A stretch of DNA of 64,000 bases, taken from the NCBI GenBank assembly GCA_963720565.1, contig CAVRFW010000012.1, forward strand, positions 1 through 64,000, written 5' to 3'. A program made the translations under genes and the position numbers. The number at the start of each line of letters is the position of its first letter. The stretch's first letter is position 1. This document shows, piece after piece, positions 44,006 to 54,187 of this stretch. The notes beneath the pieces were generated by a model, which was not told the DNA's origin, searched no databases, and saw only the letters and a list, made by a program, of their open reading frames with translations. Source of the stretch: Candidatus Bathyarchaeota archaeon. Its GTDB lineage: Archaea > Thermoproteota > Bathyarchaeia > Bathyarchaeales > Bathycorpusculaceae.

Positions 44006-44664
44006 CTCAAATTTCTCTCTTGAACAGGAAACCAATCAACACCCACTTCCGAGAGTCGGAGAGTCGATTGAACGAACGTCCTAGCAGGAATATAACTTTG
44101 ATGTTTGCTTGACGCGTCTTGTCAGAACACAAGAGGCACATGATTGGGAAAATATAGTGCTGAAAAATGCAGCACCGTGAAATCAACAGAAGTAACACAG
44201 ATTCTCATTAATGTCGGGAATTCACTTAACTTTGCAGGTCGGAGACTTCCGAAATTTGTCGAGGAAATTTGAACCTTCCGGCGATTCAATCTTGCGTCTG
44301 TGATTTCAAAAATTCTCTATTCGGCTCTCCGGAACGATTTTGTAGCCATTCATTGGAGAGTCTACTCAAAACAATTATCGCGCAACCGTTCTTCGAAGGT
44401 TCGAAGAAGAAGAACGATAACTTCGAAAATTGCGTTCGCTTATCCGAGCGCTATTTAGTATGCAATACGTTTTGCCAATTTCAGGGTATTCGGTAAGAGT
44501 GTGTAATTCTGCCTTTCTTTCGCGCACCTTTATGCAGGAGCAGTTCTGAACAGACATTATTAACTGGCTGAAATCGATTGCAGAAATAGATAAGTGCTTA
44601 CTATTTGACTACTAAAATACTTGTCTGATTAATGGAAACAAGAAAAAAATGGTGCCTATCGATG

Positions 44665-45879
44665 CTAATCTTGTATAGCATCTTGATAGGTGATTAGTTC
44701 AACATTAAGTACTGGTTTTACAGCTTCTGATATCCGCGAAGCGACTATGCGTTTTATGTTCTTTTCACTGGCGATGTCTACTATTCTCTGTGTTATTATG
44801 CCATCAAAGATTACTGTCTCGACGTTGCTTGTTTGCTGAAGTTTTTCTGCCAGCTGACTTACTGGTAATTGTTCGATTTGTTCCATTTTCTCGTTGAGCA
44901 GAACTGCTTCAAGCGTTCCCTGCAGTGCCTTGGCTGCTTTGCCAATAGGTTCTGGTACTTCGGTTTTTGGCCGTTCTCTTTTTGGTTTGAAAACTTCAGT
45001 CACTGATACTTTGTTATCTAAAGCTTCCGAGACTTCTTTGCAGTTGCATTCTTCGATTTCTTTCCCTCTGGGTGCGCGAGCAACGTAACGTATGCTTGTT
45101 ACTTGCAAGAGTTCTTTAAGGATTAAGTCTCCTCCGCGATCGCCATCTAGTAAGGCAGTGGATTCTTTTTCCTTGGTAAGTTTCTTTATTGACTCAGGAA
45201 CTTTTGCGCCTTCGAGTGCCACTGTATTGTTTATTCCGCATCTCATCAAATTGATTATGTCTGCGCGTCCTTCAACGATTACAATTTCTTTAGAGCTATT
45301 TAGCCCTGGCCCGGCGGGGAGTTCTTCCGGTCCGTATTTCTCCACCTTGCCCAGTTTCATGGTGTTGCTGATTTCTTTGTAGACCTCATCGACGCTGGGC
45401 ATTGATTCAATATTCCATTTGTGGAGAATTTCTTTGGCACGGTCAATTATGATTTTTCTTCGTGCTTCTCGTACGTCTTCGACTCGCTCAAGACTTACTT
45501 TGGCGCCACATGGGCCTACACGATTAATACTTTCCACGCTTGCTGCTATTAAGGCAGTGCTTACTCTGTCGAGACTGGTAGGTATGGTTATGCTCCCTGT
45601 GGTTCGGTCATTCTTTGAGTGGAGTTCTATTTCTATGCGTCCTATGCGACCAGTTTTCTGAAGTTCTCGCAGGTCAAGTTCTGGTCCAAAAAGTCCTTCT
45701 GTCTGCCCAAAAACTGCGCCTATGACGTCGGGTTTTTCAACGACGCCCTCTATTTCGAATTTCGCGTGAATTACATACTTTATTGTGAAAGTTTGGGATG
45801 TTCCCGTAAATGTGCACCTCCTGGTTCTGTGAGTTAAGTTAGTTTGACCACATGCTTGCGAAATCTTTTCGCCGCTCAT
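44665..45879 (-). CDS. dnaG: Archaeal DnaG (exosome-associated, TOPRIM)
   Basis: VEKPDVIGAVFGQTEGL, IVEGRAD, DGDRGG; the true start may be somewhat downstream. Confidence 0.95.
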   Translation of the reverse strand: MSGEKISQACGQTNLTHRTRRCTFTGTSQTFTIKYVIHAKFEIEGVVEKPDVIGAVFGQTEGLFGPELDLRELQKTGRIGRIEIELHSKNDRTTGSITIPTSLDRVSTALIAASVESINRVGPCGAKVSLERVEDVREARRKIIIDRAKEILHKWNIESMPSVDEVYKEISNTMKLGKVEKYGPEELPAGPGLNSSKEIVIVEGRADIINLMRCGINNTVALEGAKVPESIKKLTKEKESTALLDGDRGGDLILKELLQVTSIRYVARAPRGKEIEECNCKEVSEALDNKVSVTEVFKPKRERPKTEVPEPIGKAAKALQGTLEAVLLNEKMEQIEQLPVSQLAEKLQQTSNVETVIFDGIITQRIVDIASEKNIKRIVASRISEAVKPVLNVELITYQDAIQD

Positions 45880-46062
45880 GGGACTTTATCGACTATTACA
45901 TATTTGCTTTATGAATTGGGACTCGTACTCTTTAAGCTTTCTGGCTTTCCACAGAGTTATTTCGGTTCTTCGTCTAAGGGATTCGCAATAGGAATGAGAC
46001 GATTTGTCTTAGATAGTATTTTGCTCAGAGCAAGAAATAAAAAAAGGTTAAGGAGTAATAGC

Positions 46063-46227
46063 TTAGATTTTCTTCTTGTCGAGAACTTGCCTGAAGGTTT
46101 TTCCGCAGCACTCGTAGAGACCGATCGTGAGTTGTGTTCGTTTTCCTTTCTTGTCAGGCTTACCAGCCATTTTCCATGTTTTTTTCGCGTTTTTTACTTC
46201 TTTTCCACATTTAGGGCATTTTGCCAT
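46063..46227 (-). CDS. Cren7-like small basic chromatin protein with four Cys (54 aa)
   Basis: MAKCPKCGKEVKNAKKTWKMAGKPDKKGKRTQLTIGLYECCGKTFRQVLDKKKI; purine-rich leader and T-tract terminator; below the ORF-track cutoff. Confidence 0.8.
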   Translation of the reverse strand: MAKCPKCGKEVKNAKKTWKMAGKPDKKGKRTQLTIGLYECCGKTFRQVLDKKKI

Positions 46228-46539
46228 TCCATTACCCTCTCTTAAAGCGTTACATATGATACTACATAAAAAATTTACGGTCAGATGAAGATACGTGGGT
46301 ACACATCACAAAGAGTACAGGCTCCCAATTCCGACAACATGGGATTCTCTGAAATTATTATTGGTCTAGCATTTGGGAACTAATCATTCGGCTGGCAACT
46401 TGTAACCCAATTATTCCAGGGCTGTCGAAAATGTATTAAAATCCCGTTCGGAAAACAGAACCAAGTCAACTCCGATAAGGTTGCCTTCTTTTTCTAAGAA
46501 ATTCTTGATGGTTTTCAATGCTATTCGACTTGCTTCTTT

Positions 46540-47181
46540 TTAGTTAAATGTGGTGATTAATGACCATAGGGAGGAGCTGAAGAACCACGCTCCAAAACCG
46601 ACAAAGACAGCAAAGCAGAAAAAGAAAATTGCCCTATGAACTTTTTCGTTCCAGAAACGGCGAGACTTGAAAACTGCAAAAGCCATTATTGAATACACTG
46701 CAAAATCGCAAAGCCAATGAATTACGGCGAACACGGAAAACCCCACGAACCCGAATTGCTGGGCGTTGAGTATTAATGCAGTGCCGATGGTTAACCACCA
46801 AAGAATAAAACCTGCGTTTGCAGCTGTTGTCCATATTCCTGCAGCCAAAGTGTCTTTTTTGCTATGAAAGTATTTATTTTGAGCCATTTTCCTATTTCTA
46901 AAAGTCTGAATACCCATGAACATCATGGCCAAACCTCCAATTAATCCAATGGCGATCGTCACGATCCTCGGAACTGCAAAGTTGCTTAGCCAAAAATAAA
47001 TTATGAACATTAGAGGGAACTCTACTATCCCATGTCCGAGGGATATGAGTAGCCCAGCAGCTTTGCTCTTAGCCGCCTTTTCTATGGTAACGGCAAACAA
47101 AGGACCAGGCATTAAAACCCCTGATAGAGAAATTAACGTCACAGAAGCTAAGAACACGTAGAAGTTTGTGATAAACTCCAC
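46540..47181 (-). CDS. LysE family translocator
   Basis: SGVLMPGP, GHGIVE, N..FILWW..IG. Confidence 0.88.
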   Translation of the reverse strand: MEFITNFYVFLASVTLISLSGVLMPGPLFAVTIEKAAKSKAAGLLISLGHGIVEFPLMFIIYFWLSNFAVPRIVTIAIGLIGGLAMMFMGIQTFRNRKMAQNKYFHSKKDTLAAGIWTTAANAGFILWWLTIGTALILNAQQFGFVGFSVFAVIHWLCDFAVYSIMAFAVFKSRRFWNEKVHRAIFFFCFAVFVGFGAWFFSSSLWSLITTFN

Positions 47182-47319
47182 TTCTGAATTACCTCCTTAC
47201 GATCTAACCGCGGCAGACCTCGCTCATTAGGTGACTATCCACGAACGTGTTAGGTCTCTTCTCCTAATTCAAGATGCTCCATATTTTTTTATTCTGGTAT
47301 AAATGTTCGCCCACAGTTT

Positions 47320-47350
47320 GTATACAAAAGCATCAACAAAACACACTTTT
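47320..47350 (+). repeat. Dispersed intergenic repeat, copy 1
   Basis: GTATACAAAAGCATCAACAAAACACACTTTT. Confidence 0.8.
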
Positions 47351-47356
47351 TTGCGC

Positions 47357-47887
47357 TTAGCGAGAGACGGCATCAGGATAAAGGTCATTTTGGATTCTAA
47401 TTATTTCAGCACTATCATGAGCTGCCGCATAGCACTCTAGAGTTGAATTGTTCAATTCCAGAAAGGTATGACCCCAAACAAATATGGACAAAAGATCCGC
47501 TGCTTCATTTCTAAGCCCTGAGATGTAAAGTGCTGCAGCTAGCGCCTCAACAGTCGTAAGTTTAGTTGCCTTCCCAAAATTTACAGGATTACCGGCAATT
47601 AGAATTGGCAAGCATCTTGATGTTCCTTTCACGTGTTTCAGCAGAACTTTTTCGGCGTGTACCCAACTGCAGTCTAACGCCACTAACCCGAAGTCTTCGA
47701 CGCGGGTTCGGTCAGCGGGCGAGAATGCTATAGCGGAAAAAGGATTCAAAACAACAGCGCGTTTTGGCAGAAATCTTGTCCTGCTTACAATCCTTGCCTT
47801 TCCATGATGTTTTAGCTTCAATCCCGTGCAACGTTTGGGGTCGCATTGATTTGCATGATAAATTGTTATCCTAAGCTGTCTTTCCAC
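47357..47887 (-). CDS. tsr3: 16S rRNA aminocarboxypropyltransferase Tsr3 (DUF367)
   Basis: QCDPKRCTG, LDCSW, AGNPVNFG, LTTVEA, WGHTFLELN. Confidence 0.93.
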   Translation of the reverse strand: MERQLRITIYHANQCDPKRCTGLKLKHHGKARIVSRTRFLPKRAVVLNPFSAIAFSPADRTRVEDFGLVALDCSWVHAEKVLLKHVKGTSRCLPILIAGNPVNFGKATKLTTVEALAAALYISGLRNEAADLLSIFVWGHTFLELNNSTLECYAAAHDSAEIIRIQNDLYPDAVSR

Positions 47888-49439
47888 TAGTTTTTCGCAC
47901 CTTCAAATGACTCATCGGATCATCCAGAACACGAGGAATCCAGTTTAACAAATCCGTGGCCACCATATGATGCCCAATTTCGTTCGCCAGAAAGTCACCT
48001 GCAGCGCCATTAACAAATGCCCCCGCAACCGCAGCCTCAAAGGGATCAACTTTCTGTGCCAAAAACGCACCTACAACCCCTGCAAGCAAATCTCCTGTCC
48101 CTCCAACCGTCATTCCGGGGTTCCCGGTGAAGTTCAGCTTGGTTCGCTTTCCATCGCAAACCACATCTATTGGACCTTTCAGCAAAATCACCCCGCCAAG
48201 AGTCTCTGCCGTTTTCTCAACCACAGATATGCAATCCTCTACGTCTTCAGGCAATTTCTTGCTTGTGAGTATGGTATATTCTCCCGAATGAGGCGTGAAG
48301 ACAACAGGAATCTTTAATTGCCTCCTGAATTGCGCATAAGCCTTCAACCCATCAGCATCCAAAAGCAAAGGCTTGCCAGCTTTCTCCACAACGCCAACAA
48401 GAGCTCTTACAAAGTCTACTGTCTCAGTGTGCAATCCGAGTCCAGGACCCAGAACTACAGCATCAACCGCCTCCACAAATGGCGTTAAGGCAGTAACGTT
48501 GTTCATGTTAAGGTGCTTGCCTTCAAGCTTAACTGTTATCAAGTCCGGAGAAAAAGAGGATATTGCCTGGGCAGTCTTTGCCGGGGCTGCCAAATATGCT
48601 ATATCCACGCCCGTTCGAAGAGCGGCCAGTGCAACCAACGCAGGAGCACCAGAAAACACTTCACTACCTCCAACTACCAATAATCGGCCAAAATCGCCTT
48701 TGTGAGCTCCCTTTGACCTTGCTTTGGTAGCAAGAAAAACATCGCCTGGACCTGCATATTTCTCCAATTCCTTTGGCAGTCCTATGTTCTTTACTACCAA
48801 CTCACCTACGTACTCCGTAGCACTCTGCAATCCTCTTTTTGCCTTGTGAAATGTTAGCGTGACGTCAGCTCTCACAGCGTTAGAATTGACCTCACCCGTG
48901 TCAGAATCGATGCCAGTAGGCGTGTCTACGGCTATTTTAAACGCTTTCAGCGTGTTGATGTATTCAACCAATTGAAACATCGGCGGCCTAAGATTCCCCT
49001 TTGCACCTGTTCCCAGCAGAGCATCAATTACTACATCTGCCTCCACTTGTGGAATGACTGAACTATCCGTAACCTCAAAAATGCGAATGCTTTGGCGCAG
49101 AAACCGAAGCGCTTGCCAGTTTTTGAGGGCAGCCTCATGAATGATATCTCTCTCACTTCCTGCGAGAATCACTGAAACCGAATATCCCAAGCTTAGCAGA
49201 TGCCTCGCTGCCACGAAACCGTCACCTCCATTCCCCCCTAAACCGCAGAAAATAGCTACTTTCTCATCCTTCGAAAACCGCTCTGCCACCAGGGCAGCTA
49301 CAGAGCTCCCTGCATTTTCCATCAGTTGAAGCAAAGAAATACCAAAGTATTCAGCGTTTGTTTCCAAGGAACGCATTTGCCTACTTGTCAAGTCTGCATT
49401 AATTCTTTTAACCGGCATTTCTGAAACACCAATAGTCAA
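47871..49439 (-). CDS. nnr: Bifunctional NAD(P)H-hydrate epimerase/dehydratase
   Basis: LMENAG, GGNGGDG, HKGDFG, LDADG, TPHSGE, GGTGDLLAG. Confidence 0.95.
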   Translation of the reverse strand: MTIGVSEMPVKRINADLTSRQMRSLETNAEYFGISLLQLMENAGSSVAALVAERFSKDEKVAIFCGLGGNGGDGFVAARHLLSLGYSVSVILAGSERDIIHEAALKNWQALRFLRQSIRIFEVTDSSVIPQVEADVVIDALLGTGAKGNLRPPMFQLVEYINTLKAFKIAVDTPTGIDSDTGEVNSNAVRADVTLTFHKAKRGLQSATEYVGELVVKNIGLPKELEKYAGPGDVFLATKARSKGAHKGDFGRLLVVGGSEVFSGAPALVALAALRTGVDIAYLAAPAKTAQAISSFSPDLITVKLEGKHLNMNNVTALTPFVEAVDAVVLGPGLGLHTETVDFVRALVGVVEKAGKPLLLDADGLKAYAQFRRQLKIPVVFTPHSGEYTILTSKKLPEDVEDCISVVEKTAETLGGVILLKGPIDVVCDGKRTKLNFTGNPGMTVGGTGDLLAGVVGAFLAQKVDPFEAAVAGAFVNGAAGDFLANEIGHHMVATDLLNWIPRVLDDPMSHLKVRKTSGKTA

Positions 49440-49563
49440 TGTCCTTTAATAAAAGATAAGCATATCTTTTGGATCTGCCCAGAAAAGCACAGACAGACAT
49501 CAGAAAATTGAAGAATGCTTCAGATCCTGTCTTTTGTGAAGGTGCAACTTCGCAATAGCGCTG

Positions 49564-49833
49564 CTAACTGACCTTCTGCCTGTGATTCCTTCCCTTATAT
49601 TCACGTGAAATTATCATTGTGGATGTTACGAGTACATTTGGAACTGTCCGTATCTTTTCGGATACGAAGCCCTCAAGCATATCCAGGTCTTCTGTTACCA
49701 CTTTGGCGACCACATCATACTCGCCAAAAATGACGTCTACTTGGATGACTTCGTTGAAATCGACAAGTTTTTGGGCTACTTCTCTCTCAGTTCCTGAACT
49801 CACCTTGAAAAGGACATACGCTGTAACAGGCAT
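49564..49833 (-). CDS. Stand-alone Lrp/AsnC ligand-binding domain protein
   Basis: AYVLFKV, FGEYDVVAKV, KIRTVPNV..TSTMI. Confidence 0.88.
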   Translation of the reverse strand: MPVTAYVLFKVSSGTEREVAQKLVDFNEVIQVDVIFGEYDVVAKVVTEDLDMLEGFVSEKIRTVPNVLVTSTMIISREYKGRNHRQKVS

Positions 49834-49982
49834 ACTTTCACCTGACAGGTCTAGTAGTCTCGAAGGTTTAATACTTTTTCTTTGCGCTTAAGCGGTTCTT
49901 GGCAAAAGTTTATCCGCATCACCGCCTACTTTTAGTCTGATTTCAAAATCAATCAATCTGTTGATTTTAAGAGTGAATTTGT

Positions 49983-50708
49983 ATGAAAAAACCCATCAAT
50001 ATCAGCAAAGCTGATGCCATTATAATTGCCAACATCCAAATCGACTTTCTTCCTGGCGGGGCTTTGCCGGTTTTAGAAGGCGACCTAGTGATTCCTGTAA
50101 TAAATGACTACTTAAAAATATTCAGAAGAGCTGGCGCTTCTATCTTTGCTGTTCGGGACTGGCATCCGCAGAACCATGTATCCTTCACAGGTCAAGGCGG
50201 TCAATGGCCCCCTCACTGTATTCAGGAAAGCGAAGGAGCCAAATTTCATCCAGACCTGAAGCTTCCCGAAGGTACAGTGATTATTTCAAAGGCAACAGAT
50301 ACGTTAAATGATAGCTATTCGAGCTTTGGCGGTACTGAGCTAGCGCAGAATTTAGAAATGCAGGGTATTTATCGGCTTTTTGTTGGCGGTCTCGCAACTG
50401 AATATTGCATTTTGAATACGGTTCTTGATTCCCGCAAGCTAGGTTTTGGGACGTTGTTGCTTCTAGATGCTGTTCGCGGGATAAACGCTAAGCCAAATGA
50501 TGCAAATAGAGCGATTGAAGAAATGGTCTCCGCTGGTGCAGAGCAGGTTACCCTAGAGGATTTCCCTGATTTGCTTGACGTTCCATTTGATGAGAAACCT
50601 CGTTCAGATCGAATAGCAGAGAAACCTCTTTCTAAAGTGGAGCTGAAGAAGAAAGCACGAATGAGACCGCGCGGTCCATACAAGAAAGTACGGACCGAGA
50701 GAGGCTAA
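49983..50708 (+). CDS. pncA: Nicotinamidase/isochorismatase family protein with a basic C-terminal tail
   Basis: DFLPGGAL, RDWHP, WPPHC, GLATEYC. Confidence 0.85.
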   Translation: MKKPINISKADAIIIANIQIDFLPGGALPVLEGDLVIPVINDYLKIFRRAGASIFAVRDWHPQNHVSFTGQGGQWPPHCIQESEGAKFHPDLKLPEGTVIISKATDTLNDSYSSFGGTELAQNLEMQGIYRLFVGGLATEYCILNTVLDSRKLGFGTLLLLDAVRGINAKPNDANRAIEEMVSAGAEQVTLEDFPDLLDVPFDEKPRSDRIAEKPLSKVELKKKARMRPRGPYKKVRTERG

Positions 50709-51204
50709 GCCAGAAACCTGTAGCTTTCAATAGACAAGTTCCTTCACATCCTTTTTCGGGGAAGGTCTATCAGCTCGCTTTTGTGTATCTAACGTTAAAG
50801 ACGAGGCGTCATTGTCGAAATGAAACGAAGCTTATTAATACGTAAAATATTTGACGCTTTTTTCACGTTGGAAAAGGGGATTTTCATAGTTTCCCTTGGA
50901 AGGAGATTTGGAATTTCCCCTTTTGTTTAACCTCAATGTCAATCATCCATCATCGAGAAGGCAATTTACTATGAAAAAGCGTGTTTCAAATTTTCAAGAT
51001 ACTCCCGAAACAACGTCGTATGTATATTTTTTAATTTAAACAGTTAAAAAACCCGCAATTTTATTTGCACTATAGTCTTAAACAATTAAATTGTATTGGA
51101 ATATGGTGTGTTTAAGAAATTCGAATCGCGAAATGTCAACAAAACTCTTTGGCCAAGGCTAACCTGCCAAAAGGTTAGACCTGCAAGTATGAAACCCTGA
51201 GGAA

Positions 51205-51621
51205 TTATCGTTCGCCTAAAACTTGTATGATAACTGCACGTTTCCGTGGATAGACATCTGTTTCTACAAAAAACAATGACTGCCAGGTACCAAATTCGAT
51301 ATGTTCATCAACTACTGGCAGTGTCTTGTCAGGAGGAAGTAACATCGAACGCAAATGAGCATGAGCATTGGATGGATGTTGATACTCCTTGTGTTTCGGA
51401 ACCGTCTCCTTGAGAAAATTCTTGATATCGACAAGCAAAGCAGGGTCATTTTCAGTCAGGATTAGTATGCCTGTTGCGTGTGGGGCAAATATGTGCACCA
51501 GACCATTTCTTATGCCTGAATTGGCCACAATTTCCTGAACCTCATCTGTAAGGTCGACAAAGTCAATGGCGGCCTTTGTAACGAATTGGTATCGAGTGTT
51601 AACAACTTTGAAATCTGACAT
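51205..51621 (-). CDS. yjbQ: YjbQ/UPF0047 family protein
   Basis: PHATG, NAHAHL, GTWQ. Confidence 0.92.
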   Translation of the reverse strand: MSDFKVVNTRYQFVTKAAIDFVDLTDEVQEIVANSGIRNGLVHIFAPHATGILILTENDPALLVDIKNFLKETVPKHKEYQHPSNAHAHLRSMLLPPDKTLPVVDEHIEFGTWQSLFFVETDVYPRKRAVIIQVLGER

Positions 51622-51713
51622 TACAATTGCCTCTTTTCTCTATAGGTGCTAGCACGCGCTGCCCCTGAAAAGTCTTTCTTAGAAGCGCTGGATAATTTTG
51701 CAATTCTTACCGA

Positions 51714-51744
51714 AAAAGTGTGTTTTGTTGATGCTTTCGTATAC
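51714..51744 (-). repeat. Dispersed intergenic repeat, copy 2
   Basis: Reverse complement reads GTATACGAAAGCATCAACAAAACACACTTTT. Confidence 0.8.
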
Positions 51745-51937
51745 AGCTTTCTTCGGCAATTAACTTGTTATCACATTGGTGATTGCAGGTGTTGATAAAT
51801 TCGCATGTATTATTGATGCAACCAAACTCACGTAGCAAAGTTATGGCCATGAACAACAAATGAAATTCAGAGGTTTTTTAGCCTTCTTCCACAAAGAATA
51901 ACTTTGTTCTCTCGCATGAAAATGCACTTGTTAAGAG

Positions 51938-54187
51938 TCAGCTTTGCGGCTGTCTCTTGTATTTCTGAAGAGGCAATTTTAGAACTGGGTGTTCAACTAA
52001 GCACTCCTTGAGATAATCGTCAAGAGTAGCAGCTGGAACAACATCAATCGTATAGTCTCTTACATCCACCGAGTGCAAGTAATTCTTCTGAGGTATAACC
52101 ACTTTCTTGAAACCCCAGGCTTCAGCTGCTTTAATCTTCTCGTGCATACCACCCACTGCAGTTATCTGGATAGAATTGCTTACGCTTAGATTTATCTCTC
52201 CTGTTACAGCGACATCTTGCCGTATCGGCTTGCCTTCTATAAGAGAGCACAATAGAATGGCCATGGTTACGCCAGCTGATGGCCCATCTACTCCATAGGA
52301 CTGAGCAAAATCAATATGTGACAGATAGTCCTGTGCAATGTCTACTCCGTATTTCTGAAGAATAACACTTCGCACTTTGGCTATGCTGTCTGAAATGAAG
52401 TTTTGTCCTTTTGCAACACCTGTTACTCGGTAATATCCTTTTAGCGGGATATCCCTTGGAAGCCCGCTTTTTCGTACAAGTTGAGCTTTGACGCCTAGAA
52501 CATTACCCGTCATCTCTCCGCTGTATGGATCATGTACTACTGCCAACCCATATATCTGTCCGAGTTTTGTTCCCTCAGGCTTAATTTCTAATAGTTTGCC
52601 TCTCTCGCTCATCTCGTGCTCAAGGAGTTGTTTTTGAATCGTTTTGCAGTGCTCCCCCAAGGCTTCTAAAACATGGCGTCGCTCCACTACTTTGCCTTCT
52701 TCATTCATTGCTAAAGTTGCTGCAGTTTTAACTATGGAGATTAACGGTCTGAACCTAGTTGAAAGAGCCTCGCGTTTGTTGCTTCGTCGTCTCCCCTCCT
52801 CGACTATTTCAATACAAGCGTCTCGACCAAACGGTGGAAGATTAAAGCGTTTGACTTCTTGCGCAATGAACTGAACATATTTTCGTCTGTTTTCAACTGT
52901 GTTAGGCATATCGTTGTTCATTCGAACAACTTTTCCATAGCCATATATTCGATCCATAAGTGCAGGATGGATCTGGCCTATACTGTCGAAATTGCCTGCA
53001 CCCACTAGAAAGGTAATGGCTGGAACAGGTTCAGTTGACACTGCCATCGCCGCAGTATCCCCTCCATGCCATTTTCCTCGAAGCGTTATTGGTAGTTGGC
53101 CATCCTCCAGTACTGTTAACAGGGTAACCGCCTCCTCTGGATCCAGATTCTTCACTTCATCGATGTAGAGTATTCCAAGTGAAGCCACATGGACATCTCC
53201 TGCCGTGACTCGCTGATGCTCGGGAGTTCCTAGCCCGCCGGTTTGGAATGGGTCCCACGCAACTGAACCGAAAAGCTGAGGGTTCCTGTGACCAGTCGCA
53301 TCGACGAATGGCGCGTGGCCTGAGCTATTATCCACTATCATTTTTGGGACATCACTCTGCTGAGCTCCTCCTCCACCGCGGAGACCGCCCAAGCCACCTA
53401 GACGCGAGAACCACCATATGAAAACGCTGAAGAAAATCAGGCTTCCTCCAGGAATAAAGGTCAGAGGAACCATGCTTATGAACTGGTCTATGAAATATGA
53501 CGTGAAATTGTTGTTATATAATTCCTGCCAAGATGTATCGCCGAGAGATAATCCGTTGGCATTCCATGATTGCCAAGCACTAACCATGAAGTACAATCCC
53601 AGACCCATTAGTAGCAGACCTACGCTAAGCATCAGAATTTGTATGGCTTTAAGACCGATTTTGGTAGTAGCCTTACGTTTAAAGTCTTTGTGCTGCTCTG
53701 TCTGTAGTAATTTCTTTCCTTCTCCCGCCCTATGCATGGAAACACGTGGTTGGCCAGGCATTGAGGAATTTTTCCAGGCAACAATATCAAAGAGTTTTAT
53801 GCCGTGCTCCTTGTAAACTTGAGTAAGCTTTTCAGACAAAGCTCTTCCGAGCAGAGACTTACCGGTTCCAGGATCGCCCAATAGAAGGAGGTATGGCCCA
53901 GGATTTATCACGGTTTTTGCCGAAGATTTTGCCAAATTTGGATTGCTCCAACTTGTATACCACTGCGTCTGTTCCAAATGCTTAAGCTTGTGTACCCACT
54001 CGTTAAGGCACAGAAAACCTTCACTTAGAGCTTGGTCCTGACCAATAACCCAGTTTATCATACTGTCGTCCACAGGGAAGCCTTGTGTGGTTTGGAATTT
54101 TCCCCAGTTCCAGCGAACCTTAACAGTGTGACCTTCCACATTTCGTGTGAGTGTTTCAAAGCCTTCTCCAAAATGGTCAAAAGACAA
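51938..54187 (-). CDS. lonB: Membrane-anchored archaeal Lon protease
   Basis: GDPGTGKS, TM insertion, LYIDE, DGPSAG catalytic Ser, EKIKAA catalytic Lys. Confidence 0.93.
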   Translation of the reverse strand: MSFDHFGEGFETLTRNVEGHTVKVRWNWGKFQTTQGFPVDDSMINWVIGQDQALSEGFLCLNEWVHKLKHLEQTQWYTSWSNPNLAKSSAKTVINPGPYLLLLGDPGTGKSLLGRALSEKLTQVYKEHGIKLFDIVAWKNSSMPGQPRVSMHRAGEGKKLLQTEQHKDFKRKATTKIGLKAIQILMLSVGLLLMGLGLYFMVSAWQSWNANGLSLGDTSWQELYNNNFTSYFIDQFISMVPLTFIPGGSLIFFSVFIWWFSRLGGLGGLRGGGGAQQSDVPKMIVDNSSGHAPFVDATGHRNPQLFGSVAWDPFQTGGLGTPEHQRVTAGDVHVASLGILYIDEVKNLDPEEAVTLLTVLEDGQLPITLRGKWHGGDTAAMAVSTEPVPAITFLVGAGNFDSIGQIHPALMDRIYGYGKVVRMNNDMPNTVENRRKYVQFIAQEVKRFNLPPFGRDACIEIVEEGRRRSNKREALSTRFRPLISIVKTAATLAMNEEGKVVERRHVLEALGEHCKTIQKQLLEHEMSERGKLLEIKPEGTKLGQIYGLAVVHDPYSGEMTGNVLGVKAQLVRKSGLPRDIPLKGYYRVTGVAKGQNFISDSIAKVRSVILQKYGVDIAQDYLSHIDFAQSYGVDGPSAGVTMAILLCSLIEGKPIRQDVAVTGEINLSVSNSIQITAVGGMHEKIKAAEAWGFKKVVIPQKNYLHSVDVRDYTIDVVPAATLDDYLKECLVEHPVLKLPLQKYKRQPQS

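Noticed and set aside
44389..44408. Palindrome TTCTTCGAA-GG-TTCGAAGAA between convergent genes
   Set aside because: Single occurrence with low-complexity arms; no supporting context
45844..46245. 133-aa plus-strand ORF
   Set aside because: It is the antisense shadow of the Cren7-like gene and the dnaG leader
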